Below, piece by piece: positions 19,189-28,794 of a stretch of DNA of 56,699 nucleotides; within the stretch, counting starts at the first letter, position 1; every line of letters begins with the position of its first letter. A model generated the notes under the pieces. It did no database searches, had not been told where the DNA came from, and saw only the letters and a program-made list of their open reading frames with translations. Location: contig JBKJMH010000044.1 in the NCBI GenBank assembly GCA_046596625.1, positions 1-56,699 on the forward strand. Reading direction: 5' to 3'. Made by a program: the position numbers and the translations under genes. This DNA comes from Vicinamibacterales bacterium (GTDB taxonomy: Bacteria; Acidobacteriota; Vicinamibacteria; Vicinamibacterales; CAVVIG01).

Positions 19189-20498
19189 AGCTAGCCTTCG
19201 TCATCCAGCGCTATGGCGCCGAAGTTCTCGGCGGCTCCGAGCAATTGTGCCGTCTCGTTGCCGAGCGGCTCGCCGGCCAGCACGAGGTCGAAGTGCTGAC
19301 CACGTGTGCGCGCGACTACGTCACCTGGAAGAACGAGTATCCCGAGGGGACGGATCGCGTCAAGGGCGTCACGATCCGCCGCTTCGCCAGTTCGCGCACG
19401 CGCGAGATCGAGTCGTTCAACACCTACTCGGACTGGATCTTCAACAACCCGCACACGCGGGCCGACGAGATGGAGTGGCTCAAGCAACAGGGGCCGTGGT
19501 GCCCGCCGCTCATCGAGTATCTTCGACGGAATCACCAGCAGTACGACGTCCTCATCTTCTTCACTTACCTGTACGCCACCACTGTGCAGGGGCTCGAGGT
19601 GAACCCCGGCCGCAGCATCGTCGTGCCGACTGCGCATGATGAGCCGGCCATCTACCTCGAGATCTTCAAGGACGTCTTCACCAAGGCCGGCGCGCTCTGC
19701 TACCTGACCGACAGCGAACGGCGCTTCGTGCAGCAGCAGTTCCCGGACCGGCCGCTGCTCGAGGAACTCATCGGCGTCGGCATCGACATCCCGCAGCAGC
19801 AACCTTATCCTCGCGTACCGGATCGGCCCGAAGACGAGCCGGCCGGGATTGCGGAAGACGACGCCTCCGGCGTCGACCATCTCGCCGACGATACGACGGC
19901 GGAGGACATCAGTGCTGGGGAGTTCCCGTCGCACATCCTGTCCCGCGGTTCGGTGTTTCGTCGCCGTCATCGCCTGCATGGCCCGTTCGCGCTCTACGGC
20001 GGTCGAATCGATCCGGGCAAGGGATGCGAGGAACTGCTGAATTATTTCAACAGCTACGTCGGCGAAGGCGGCGAAGGCACGCTGGCGCTGATGGGCGCGA
20101 AACTCATGGCGTTGCCCGAAGACCCGGCAATCCGGTTCGCAGGCATGCTGAGCGAGATCGAACGGATGCAGGCGCTCGAGGCCGCCACCGTCGTCGTCTG
20201 CCCGTCTCCCTACGAGAGCCTGTCGCTGCTGGCGCTGGAGGCACTCGCCGTCGGCACGCCGATTCTCGTCAACGGCCGCAGCGAGGTCCTCGTCGAGCAC
20301 TGCGTCCGCAGCAACGGCGGCCTGTACTACGGGGACAAGGACGAGTTCATCGAGTGCATGAAGCTGTTGTTCTCCGACCCACGCCTGCGGGCCGCGCTCG
20401 GACGCAACGGCCGCGACTACGTGCAGAAGCACTACCGGTGGGACGTGGTGCTGGGTAAGTACGAGCGGATCTTCGCCCGGGTGCGAAACGCGCGCTGA
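19185..20498 (+). CDS. GT-B fold glycosyltransferase (GT4-like), type A', with an acidic internal insertion
   Basis: MKLAFVIQRYGAEVLGGSEQLCR...TTCARDYVTWKNE (compare TTCATDYVTWRNE in type A) and PSPYESLSLLALEALAVGTPIL. The start overlaps the upstream stop. Confidence 0.8.
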   Translation: MKLAFVIQRYGAEVLGGSEQLCRLVAERLAGQHEVEVLTTCARDYVTWKNEYPEGTDRVKGVTIRRFASSRTREIESFNTYSDWIFNNPHTRADEMEWLKQQGPWCPPLIEYLRRNHQQYDVLIFFTYLYATTVQGLEVNPGRSIVVPTAHDEPAIYLEIFKDVFTKAGALCYLTDSERRFVQQQFPDRPLLEELIGVGIDIPQQQPYPRVPDRPEDEPAGIAEDDASGVDHLADDTTAEDISAGEFPSHILSRGSVFRRRHRLHGPFALYGGRIDPGKGCEELLNYFNSYVGEGGEGTLALMGAKLMALPEDPAIRFAGMLSEIERMQALEAATVVVCPSPYESLSLLALEALAVGTPILVNGRSEVLVEHCVRSNGGLYYGDKDEFIECMKLLFSDPRLRAALGRNGRDYVQKHYRWDVVLGKYERIFARVRNAR

Positions 20499-20501
20499 CG
20501 G

Positions 20502-21947
20502 CTACGAGCCGCTCGTGGTGTCTGGGGCAGGGTCGGGGGTGCCGCTGCCCTGACGCTTCCGCCGTGGGCGGATGTCGTACCGCTTGATCATCTCGTTCAG
20601 TGTCGTCGGCTTGATGTGCAGCAGCTCGGCTGCCCGCTTCTGGACGCCGCCGGCCGCTTCCAGTGTCGACTCGATAAGCCTTTTCTCGAAGTCGGTGATA
20701 ACGTCCTTGAACGAGATCCCCTCGGGCGGCACCACGAACTGCGGCATGTGGAAGCTCGGCGCGCGCCGGACGTGATCGGGAATCATCTCCACGCCGATGC
20801 GTGGCCCGGACGTCAGCACCACCGCTCGCTCGACCACGTTCTCGAGCTCCCGCACGTTGCCTGGCCAGTCGTACTCGGTCAGCACATCGACGGCGTCCGG
20901 GGCAACTTCCAGATCCGCCTTCCGGTTCTCGTCCCCATACTTGTGCAGGAAGTGCTGGACAAGCAGTGGAATGTCATCCTTGCGCGCGCGCAGGGGCGGC
21001 AGGGTGATGGTCACCACGTGCAGTCGGTAGAAGAGGTCCTCACGGAAACGCCCTTCCGCCATCGTCTGCCGCAGGTCGGTGTTGGTCGCCGCGATCACCC
21101 GCACGTCCGCAGAGACCGACTCGACGTCGCCCAATCGCGTGAACTCGCGGTCCTGGATGATGCGGAGCAGCTTGGCCTGCGTGTCGAGCGGCACACTCGC
21201 GATCTCGTCGAAGAACAGGGTGCCCCGATCGGCTAGGTCGAAGAGGCCCTTCTTCGGGTAGACCGCGCCGGCAAATGCATCGCGCACGTGCCCGAAGAGG
21301 GTCGACTCGAGCAGGTCCGGAGTGACACTGCCGGAGTTGACCGCCACGAACGGCTGCTCCGAGCGTGACGAGTTGGAGTGAATGGCCCTGGCGACGAGTT
21401 CCTTGCCGGTACCGCTCTCGCCCTGGATGAGGATGCTGGACCGGCTCGGTGCCGCCTGGATGATCAGGTCGAACACCTGCCGCATCTTCGGGCTGCGCCC
21501 GATGATGTTGCCGAACTTGTGATAGCGCTCCTGGATGTTCTGGCGAAGATTGCGGTTCTCGTGCACCAGCCGCCGACGCTCCATGGCGTTGCGGATGACG
21601 ACCAGCACTTCCTCGTTCTTGAACGGCTTGGTGATGTAGTCGAACGCGCCGCTCTTCATCGCCGAGATGGCGCTCTCCACGGAGGCATAGGCGGTGATGA
21701 TGATCACGGCCAGATCCTCGTCGAGGCGACGCAGCTCGTCGAGCGTCTCGATGCCGTTGATTCCTGGCATCATGATGTCGACCACGGCCGCGTCGAACGG
21801 CAGGGCGCGCGCCAGTTCCAGCCCCTCTTCACCGCACGAGGCAAGCTTCACGTCGTAGCCCTCACGCGTCAGGAGGGTTTCGAGGATCTCGCGCATGATC
21901 TCCTCGTCATCGACGACAAGGATCGTGCCTTTGCGGGTGGTGGCCAT
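20502..21947 (-). CDS. Sigma54-dependent response regulator (NtrC family)
   Basis: REC domain (ILVVDDEEIMRE...D...MPG.NG), AAA+ domain (GESGTGKELVARAIH, ...FREDLFYRL) and C-terminal Fis-type HTH (AAELLHIKPTTLNEMIKRY). The start is set at MATTRKG (21947). The track ORF extends into the kinase gene. Confidence 0.9.
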   Translation of the reverse strand: MATTRKGTILVVDDEEIMREILETLLTREGYDVKLASCGEEGLELARALPFDAAVVDIMMPGINGIETLDELRRLDEDLAVIIITAYASVESAISAMKSGAFDYITKPFKNEEVLVVIRNAMERRRLVHENRNLRQNIQERYHKFGNIIGRSPKMRQVFDLIIQAAPSRSSILIQGESGTGKELVARAIHSNSSRSEQPFVAVNSGSVTPDLLESTLFGHVRDAFAGAVYPKKGLFDLADRGTLFFDEIASVPLDTQAKLLRIIQDREFTRLGDVESVSADVRVIAATNTDLRQTMAEGRFREDLFYRLHVVTITLPPLRARKDDIPLLVQHFLHKYGDENRKADLEVAPDAVDVLTEYDWPGNVRELENVVERAVVLTSGPRIGVEMIPDHVRRAPSFHMPQFVVPPEGISFKDVITDFEKRLIESTLEAAGGVQKRAAELLHIKPTTLNEMIKRYDIRPRRKRQGSGTPDPAPDTTSGS

Positions 21948-21963
21948 GGCTGGGGGAGGAACG

Positions 21964-24927
21964 TTACTGTCTCGCGCTGCTCCGAAGCGCGAGCTGGACG
22001 GCGACGGGCAGTGACATCGTGAATCGTGTGCCCTGACCGACGGTGCTGTCGCAACGGATGGTGCCGTCGTGCTCGCGCACGATGCCGTACGAAATGGACA
22101 GGCCAAGCCCGGTGCCGCGGCCGATCGACTTGGTCGTGAAGAACGGATCGTAGATACGCGCCAGCTGTTCTGGCGGTATGCCGCTGCCGGTGTCCGCAAT
22201 TTCAGCGATCACGTCCGAACCGTCGGTGCGGGTCGACACGGTCAGCCAACCTCCGCTGGGCATGGCATCGCGGGCATTGAGGAACAGGTTGAGGAACACC
22301 TGCTGCAACTGGTGCTCGATGCCGAGCACCAGGAGCGGTTCCTGCGCCAGTTCACGGCGCACCTTGATGCGGCCCACCTCGAACTGGTGCTCGAGCAGCG
22401 AGTAGACGTCGTTGATGACGGCGTTCAGGTCGACCGGGGAACGCTCCCCGCCCGGGGTGCCCGGGCGCGACAACGTCAGTAGGCCGTTGACGATCTTCGC
22501 AGCACGGAACGTCTGCCGCTCGATTTTCTCGAGGATCTGGGTGCGCGGGTCGGCGGCGTCGGCGTTCTCGAGCAACATCTGCGTGTAACTGGAGATGCCG
22601 GTGAGTGGCGTGTTCACCTCGTGGGCCACGCCAGCGGCGAGCAGGCCGATCGACGCCATCTTCTCCGAAATCTGCAACTGCTCCTCGAGGCGGACACGGT
22701 CGGTGACGTTCTCGAGCAGCAGGATGGTGCCGTCGACGGTGTCGCCGCCGCCGTGTGACTGCAGCGGCACGACGGTCGCGTTCACCAGCAGTCGCGGCGC
22801 GACGAGTTCATCCTCATCGTCGGAGGCACGGGTTTGCAGCGGCACCTTGAACAGCGTCGCGCCAAGCGGGTTGTCCTCGCGCGCGGCGCGCAGCGCCCCG
22901 ACGAAGCGCTCGTCGAAGACGTTCGAGAGGTAATCGCCGATGGCTTCGGCCCGGGTCACCCCGTAGAACCCTTCCAGCGCATGGTTCCAGCGGACGATAC
23001 GCTCGTCCTCGTCGAAGACCACCAGGCCGTCGTCGAGCGATTCGAGAATGTTCTCGTTGAACTCGCGCATGCGGCCGAGTTCCTCCGCCTTGAGGTGAAG
23101 CTGGCGGTACAGGCGGCCGTTCTCGATGGCCGTGGCCACCTGGCCGGCGACCGCCGTCAGCAGCGCCAGGTCTTCGCTGTTGAAGGTCTCGTCCGATTCC
23201 TTCCGTCCGAGGGCAAGCACGGCGATCGCCGACCCCTCGAAGACGCAGGGCACGAAGTAGTAGATGCCGTGGTCGCGCCAGAACTCGACATCTTCGGCGT
23301 CGAACCGCGCGGCGGAGATCGGGTCGTCGAGCGCGATGGTGTGATTGGTGTCGAGACGCGCCACGAACGACGACGATCGCGCCAAACGAGGCACGGCCTG
23401 TGGGAAACCGAAATCGCCGATCGAATGGAAGTCGCCGAGGCGTTCGTCTGCCAGCATCAGCGACATCTGGTCGACGATAAGGGTCTCGACGACGCGCGTG
23501 ACGAGCCGCTGGCTGAGCCTGACGACGTCGAGGTCGGTGTTCAGATCGCGGGCGAAGCCGACCAGGGCGCGCCGGTAGTCGTAGCGGTCACGGTAGAAGA
23601 CGCGATCGAGGGCGTTCTGCACCGCGTCCTTCACCGGTTGCGCGAGCAGCACGACAACCATCGTGGCCAGCGCGGCCACCACCCAGTTGTGCGGGTCGGT
23701 GTCGTCCGCAAAGATGAAACCGACGGTCTTGCGCAGCGCCAGGTAGAGCAGGCCGCTGGCGCCGAGGAACGCGGTGTAAGCGAGCCCGCGCTTGATGATG
23801 ACTTCGACGTCGCGCAGCCGGTAGCGCACAATCGCGGAAGCGAACGCGAGCGGCACCAAGCCAAGCGGCACGGCCGTGAGTTGCAGGGCCAGCGGCGGGT
23901 TCGCGCCGAACGCCCACGGCAGCGCGTAGAACAGCGCGTAGGGACCGACGCCGAGCACAGAGCCCCAGGCAATCCACCGCAATTGGCGACGGCCGGTGAG
24001 CGAAACGATATCGCCGAACCCCTTCGCCAGCACCACCACCGCCGCGATCGCGCAGACCAGCAAGTACAGCGGTTCGAAGCGGTCCAGCACGTCGAGCGTG
24101 CGCGAGAGCACCTCGCCGTTCGACGCACCGCGGGCGACAGCAATGATGCGACCGGCGCCGAGAATGAGCGCGGGCGCATACATCACCGCGAGCAGCGCAT
24201 AGGACCGCGATGGTGCGCTTTGCGAGCGGGGGCGATCCGGAAAGACCAGGGTGAAGTGGAGCAGGAGCGGCGGCAGCAGCGCCATCGCCACGGCGTCACC
24301 CCAGTAGAACGTCCAGTCGAGTCGATCGAACGGACCGTTGAACGAGAAGGTGAAGGCGCCGAAGAAGGCGACACAGAGCCAGAAGAAGTGCAGCGTCGCC
24401 TGGTCGCGCGGGCGGCGCAGACGCACTGACGCGCCGACGAGCAACGTGAAGAGACCGACGGCGGCGAGGACGAAGTACATCGACGCGGGCCGCGCGGCTT
24501 CGGCAAGCGATACCTCGAGGGCCTCGCGGCTGCCGATGCGAAGGATGGTGTAGGAGAGCGTCGTGCCCGCCATGCCGCTGTGCTGATATTCGACAACGTC
24601 GGCTGGTGCTTCGACCGCCGCACCGTTCACGGCCAGCAGCACATCGCCCGGGCGCACGCCAGACGCCGCAGCCGGTGAGTCCGGCGCCACTTCGAGCGCG
24701 GTCACGCCCTGGGAGCGCGCGCCCCAGAGCACGCCGTCTTCCACCTCGTGCCACTTCGCACGCATCGCGACATTCGCGACACCCAGCCCGACCAGCACGG
24801 CCACCACCGCCACGATGAACACGGGACGGGCCCACGCACGCCAAAGGGGCTCGTGCGCCTCCTGGCGGAAGGCAACAGCAGAGCGCGGTGGCTCGGAGCC
24901 GGGCATCAGGGGGGACAGGTGGGTCAT
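21964..24927 (-). CDS. Sensor histidine kinase: N-terminal PDZ-like domain, about 9 TM segments, GAF, PAS, HisKA, HATPase_c
   Basis: PDZ-like GVTALEVAPDSPAAASGVRPGDVLLAVNG. It continues with a long hydrophobic block, a GAF-like region, a PAS-like region (IVRWNHALEGFYG), H-box AAGVAHEVNTPL, N-box LNLFLNARDAM and G-box DTGSGI...GTGLGL. Confidence 0.85.
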   Translation of the reverse strand: MTHLSPLMPGSEPPRSAVAFRQEAHEPLWRAWARPVFIVAVVAVLVGLGVANVAMRAKWHEVEDGVLWGARSQGVTALEVAPDSPAAASGVRPGDVLLAVNGAAVEAPADVVEYQHSGMAGTTLSYTILRIGSREALEVSLAEAARPASMYFVLAAVGLFTLLVGASVRLRRPRDQATLHFFWLCVAFFGAFTFSFNGPFDRLDWTFYWGDAVAMALLPPLLLHFTLVFPDRPRSQSAPSRSYALLAVMYAPALILGAGRIIAVARGASNGEVLSRTLDVLDRFEPLYLLVCAIAAVVVLAKGFGDIVSLTGRRQLRWIAWGSVLGVGPYALFYALPWAFGANPPLALQLTAVPLGLVPLAFASAIVRYRLRDVEVIIKRGLAYTAFLGASGLLYLALRKTVGFIFADDTDPHNWVVAALATMVVVLLAQPVKDAVQNALDRVFYRDRYDYRRALVGFARDLNTDLDVVRLSQRLVTRVVETLIVDQMSLMLADERLGDFHSIGDFGFPQAVPRLARSSSFVARLDTNHTIALDDPISAARFDAEDVEFWRDHGIYYFVPCVFEGSAIAVLALGRKESDETFNSEDLALLTAVAGQVATAIENGRLYRQLHLKAEELGRMREFNENILESLDDGLVVFDEDERIVRWNHALEGFYGVTRAEAIGDYLSNVFDERFVGALRAAREDNPLGATLFKVPLQTRASDDEDELVAPRLLVNATVVPLQSHGGGDTVDGTILLLENVTDRVRLEEQLQISEKMASIGLLAAGVAHEVNTPLTGISSYTQMLLENADAADPRTQILEKIERQTFRAAKIVNGLLTLSRPGTPGGERSPVDLNAVINDVYSLLEHQFEVGRIKVRRELAQEPLLVLGIEHQLQQVFLNLFLNARDAMPSGGWLTVSTRTDGSDVIAEIADTGSGIPPEQLARIYDPFFTTKSIGRGTGLGLSISYGIVREHDGTIRCDSTVGQGTRFTMSLPVAVQLALRSSARQ

Positions 24928-25120
24928 CGGATGAAATCAGCAGTCGGTGGCATCGTCACCGGACAACCGGTGCGTTACACGAACTGCTGGTCACATGGTA
25001 TGGCTGACGGGCGTGGCGGAGCGCCTGTTTCCATGGAAATTGCTAGGAAAGCCGGCGTTATCCGAGCGGTTGGTTCTGCTATCCGAAATATTGGATGAGC
25101 AAGTTCCCGGCGGTCCGGAA

Positions 25121-27055
25121 TCAAAAGTGGAGGGTGACGCCGCCGACCACACGCTTGGGTGGGCGAACGACGTAGAGCTCGTCGAAGATGGCCTGGTCGC
25201 AGGACGCGTCGCGGAAGAAATTGCGGACCGCGAGCAGCATTTCCCACCTGGCGTTGCTGAAGTTCATGAATGGCAGCGACTGACGCACCTGCACATCGAA
25301 GCGGCCGTCCACACCGGACCGCCCGTCCGACCGGCGACCGGCGTCGGCGAAGCCGTTGCTGAGGCGATACAGCATCATTACCCGCGTCGCCGTCTCAGGC
25401 AGCTGAGCATCAACGCGAGCCGTAACGTCGTGCACGGTCGTGCGCCCCTGGCGAGCCGTGAGAGGCGCCAGCAGCATCAGGTAGCTGTCGCCTGTCTTGA
25501 GGATTTCGGCACGGGCCAGCGAATACTCGACTGAGCCGTGGACGCGGCTGGCAATGACGGCGCGAAACTCCGTGCTGAAGCCGCGGGCATCAACGTCGCC
25601 CGTATTCCCGACCAGGTAGTGCCCGACCTTGGCCGTTGGCTGGCCAGGAACATCGGCGCCGAAGACGGTAACGAGCTGATCGTTCACGTGCTGGCGGAAC
25701 GCTCGGACCGCTAGTGTCGATGGGCCGAAGTCGTGCTCGAGACCGACCGCGGCCGATAGCGCCTGCTCAGCCTTGAAGCCGGCGTGCGCCTCGATCGACG
25801 AGAACGTTCGCTGCGGCGGCAGCCAGATCCCCGAATCGGACGGCGCGAGGAATTCCTCGGCTCCGGGCGCGACGGCACGGCGCGAGACCGACGCCGTGAT
25901 GCGGGTGTCGGCGGCCGGCGACAGCGTCAGTTCCACCCGCGGACTGATCAGGGTTGGCCGGGTCAGGTAGTCGTAGCGGGCGTACTTGCCACCGAAGGAC
26001 AGTGTCGCCACGGGAGTCAGCCTGAAGCTGTCGTAGCCGTACACCGTGCCGACGTTGCGTGTGCCATCCGTGACATCCCGTAGCGCGAGCGGATTCCCGC
26101 CGTCATAGCGTTGGGTGCTGTAGCTGATGCCCATGTCGTAGCGATGACGGGCCGGGGCACGCATCGAGTACGAACCGGCGACCACCCACGACGAAATGTC
26201 AGCCTGCGTGAAGGCGCCGGCTACGTTCCAGTCGGCATTCGCGCCGGCTGGCGCGCCGATGCGGACATTGGCGACGTTGCGGGACACCGAGTCGGTCGAA
26301 AACAGTTGCTGCGGAGTGTCGAACGAACCAGCGGTCAGCAGGTTCACCTGGCCGGAGATAGGAGCATCGGCGAACAGGCCGACGAAGCGGCCCGGCGAGC
26401 CTGCGATCTGGCCAAACAGCGACGTGATGGCGGATGGCTCGTCGACATCGACGAGCCACTGCTCCGGCAGCGTGGCGTCCTTCAACACACCGCGCCGCCC
26501 GTGACGGATACGCCAGGGGGTCTCGGAGTGGTCGTCGTTATCGGTGGGCGCGGACGCGGTGCCTCCGGCGTCGGCCGAGGACGGCTGCGCCGTGGTTGTT
26601 TCGGCTCCGGAGACCCCGGAGAGACCGACACCAGCGGCCAGCACGGGTGGCACCCCTTCGCGGCGCAGCGCAATCGCCGACACGGCGCTGGCACTCGGCC
26701 GCACCTGCACCATCAGCGCGCGGGGCGCGACATAGCCGGCCAGATGCGCACGAACAAGGTAGGGACCCGGCGTGAGCCCGCCGAACTGGAACCGTCCGAA
26801 CGCATCGGAGATGGCGATGGTGGTGACGGCGCCAAGCGCCGACACCACCACGTTCGGGACGGGAAGGCCGCGTTCGTCACGCACGAGGCCGGCAATCGAC
26901 CCTGGCGCGGAGGACGAGGCCGTGCGTACGACAGGAGACAGGGAGGCTCGCGCCGCGCTCTGTTGTGCAGAGGCGAACGCCGGCGCTCCCATAACCAAGA
27001 GACCGCCGACTGCTGCCGAGGCCAGCACGCTGGTTGCTCCCGCCATGTCGTTCAA
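25121..27055 (-). CDS. Outer-membrane beta-barrel protein with an N-terminal carboxypeptidase-regulatory-like domain
   Basis: Signal peptide (LLVMGAPAFASAQQ), a CarboxypepD_reg-like segment (GSIAGLVRDERGLPVPNVVVSA...DAFGRFQFGGLTPGPYLVRA), alternating beta-strand pattern, and C-terminal ...GGVTLHF (terminal Phe). Confidence 0.6.
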   Translation of the reverse strand: MNDMAGATSVLASAAVGGLLVMGAPAFASAQQSAARASLSPVVRTASSSAPGSIAGLVRDERGLPVPNVVVSALGAVTTIAISDAFGRFQFGGLTPGPYLVRAHLAGYVAPRALMVQVRPSASAVSAIALRREGVPPVLAAGVGLSGVSGAETTTAQPSSADAGGTASAPTDNDDHSETPWRIRHGRRGVLKDATLPEQWLVDVDEPSAITSLFGQIAGSPGRFVGLFADAPISGQVNLLTAGSFDTPQQLFSTDSVSRNVANVRIGAPAGANADWNVAGAFTQADISSWVVAGSYSMRAPARHRYDMGISYSTQRYDGGNPLALRDVTDGTRNVGTVYGYDSFRLTPVATLSFGGKYARYDYLTRPTLISPRVELTLSPAADTRITASVSRRAVAPGAEEFLAPSDSGIWLPPQRTFSSIEAHAGFKAEQALSAAVGLEHDFGPSTLAVRAFRQHVNDQLVTVFGADVPGQPTAKVGHYLVGNTGDVDARGFSTEFRAVIASRVHGSVEYSLARAEILKTGDSYLMLLAPLTARQGRTTVHDVTARVDAQLPETATRVMMLYRLSNGFADAGRRSDGRSGVDGRFDVQVRQSLPFMNFSNARWEMLLAVRNFFRDASCDQAIFDELYVVRPPKRVVGGVTLHF

Positions 27056-27086
27056 ACCGCGGGGAACCGGCCCCGCTGAACTGCGT

Positions 27087-28010
27087 TTACGAACCGACGA
27101 CGAACTTGATCGACTCGGTGAGCGTCTTGCTCGACCCCTTGTCGGTCAGCTTGATCTCGAGCCGGTAGTTGCCGGGTTCGAAGTCGGTCAACGGCACACG
27201 GTCCGGAATACCCTGCCGCGCCGGGTCGATCTCGGCGACTGCCCATTTCTTGAAGGGCTCGGCAACGCCTTCCTTGTACGCAACGTACTCCACACCCACA
27301 CGGCCGGTGGCGTTGAACACCATGCCGTTGATGCGCAGCGGTTCAGTCTTCGCCAGCGTCGGGTTCACGAGCGGCAGGCTCTCTTCTTCGGGCGTGCCGT
27401 ACGGGTGTTCCATGATGTCGCCCAGCGGCGCGTCGTACTTGCGGGCACGGAAGACATAGAGGCCAGACACCATGAACTCGCCGCCGGTGAGCGCCGGCAC
27501 GTCGATGGTCTGCTTGAGCACCGAGATCGGCGCCTTGCTCGCCTTGCCCTCGAGCAGTTCATGCGCGCCAATGAATACGTCCACCTTGCCGGCAGGCGCC
27601 AGCACCAGTCGACCGATGAACGGGACGCCAGCTTCCAGCGCCACGGTGCTAAAGTTCTCGAAGATCGGCACGACCGTCTTGTCCTTAGGATCGGCCCCGG
27701 CCGGAAGCACGCGCCAGATCATGAAGACCTTACCCGACGGCGCCTTGGCCGGGTCGAGAGTGAGGCCGAAGGCGATGATGTTCTTGTCGGCCTGCGCCTG
27801 CAGACCGTCGTGACGAATCCAGGCGAGGCCCAGTTCGTTCGTGACCGGCTTGCCCTGAAAGGCATTGCCGAGTGCGCTGGTCACAGCTTTGGCTTCCCGC
27901 TCTTCATCCTTGGTAAGCGGGCGGCCCTGCGCCGCGACAGTGGAAGCGGTCGACACAAGGAGAAGAAGTGCGGCTGAAGCGAGGGCGAGGCCAGGGCGCC
28001 GGATCACCAT
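27087..28010 (-). CDS. Exported hypothetical protein
   Basis: Signal peptide MVIRRPGLALASAALLLLVSTASTVAAQ. The C-terminal Ig-like end is EPGNYRLEIKLTDKGSSKTLTESIKFVV. I recognise no family. Confidence 0.5.
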   Translation of the reverse strand: MVIRRPGLALASAALLLLVSTASTVAAQGRPLTKDEEREAKAVTSALGNAFQGKPVTNELGLAWIRHDGLQAQADKNIIAFGLTLDPAKAPSGKVFMIWRVLPAGADPKDKTVVPIFENFSTVALEAGVPFIGRLVLAPAGKVDVFIGAHELLEGKASKAPISVLKQTIDVPALTGGEFMVSGLYVFRARKYDAPLGDIMEHPYGTPEEESLPLVNPTLAKTEPLRINGMVFNATGRVGVEYVAYKEGVAEPFKKWAVAEIDPARQGIPDRVPLTDFEPGNYRLEIKLTDKGSSKTLTESIKFVVGS

Positions 28011-28162
28011 AAACGGTCAACTCCAGAAAAAAGTCGATAAGACGAAAACAGCCAATGATAGGCGGCTCGCAGAACCCAAGTCAAACGATTGTCCCGCCAG
28101 TATTTCGTCCGAAAAGGCGGCGCTTTGCTTATGCTATACGTCCGGCGCCTCCCGGTCCCCCA

Positions 28163-28789
28163 ATGAAGCTCATCGACGTCACCGTCCCCATCGACTCGAA
28201 CCTGGCGAACTATCCGGGTAACACCCCGTTCAGCCTCGAAGCTATCAAGCGTCTTGCCAACGGCGACAGCTCGAACGTATCCACCCTTCACTTGAGTGCC
28301 CATGCAGGCACCCACGTCGACGCACCCCGACACTTTTTCGACGATGGGGGCGGCGTCGAGAGCCTTGCGCTCGAGATGCTCTGCGGGCGGACCCGGGTGG
28401 TCGAGCTGACAACCCGGAAGGGGGTCACGGCCGAGGATCTGGCCGGCTTCGACCTGCGCGAAGATGTGCGCCTACTCCTGAAGACCGCCAATTCCCGCCT
28501 CTGGGGCACACCCGAATTCCATCCGGACTTCATCGGGGTCACCGAGGGCGCGGCCCGCTTCCTGGTCGACCGTGGCGTGAAAGTTGTGGGCGTCGACTAC
28601 CTGTCAGTGGAACCGTACAAGACACCTGGTGCCCCCGCGCATCATATCCTGCTGGGGGCCGGCACCATCGTCATCGAAGGGCTGAACCTTCGTGATGTGG
28701 AACCCGGCAGCTACGAGATGTTCTGTCTGCCGCTCGCCGTCGTCGGAGCCGACGGCGCGCCGGCCCGCGTCATTCTCCGAAGGAGCTGA
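28163..28789 (+). CDS. Cyclase-family protein (kynurenine formamidase-like)
   Basis: MKLIDVTVPI...STLHLSAHAGTHVDAPRHF (HxGTHxDxPxH motif) and later VGVDYLS. The start is trimmed to the ATG at 28163. Confidence 0.75.
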   Translation: MKLIDVTVPIDSNLANYPGNTPFSLEAIKRLANGDSSNVSTLHLSAHAGTHVDAPRHFFDDGGGVESLALEMLCGRTRVVELTTRKGVTAEDLAGFDLREDVRLLLKTANSRLWGTPEFHPDFIGVTEGAARFLVDRGVKVVGVDYLSVEPYKTPGAPAHHILLGAGTIVIEGLNLRDVEPGSYEMFCLPLAVVGADGAPARVILRRS

Positions 28790-28794
28790 GCGTC

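Noticed and set aside
28100-28140. Sigma54 -24/-12 promoter candidates for the NtrC-type regulator (for example AAGGCGGCGCTTTGCTT near 28110-28126; TGGCAC at about 12074 and about 44526).
   Set aside because: The GG-to-GC spacing is 11 rather than 12, or the TTGC element is missing. None fits TGGCAC-N5-TTGC.
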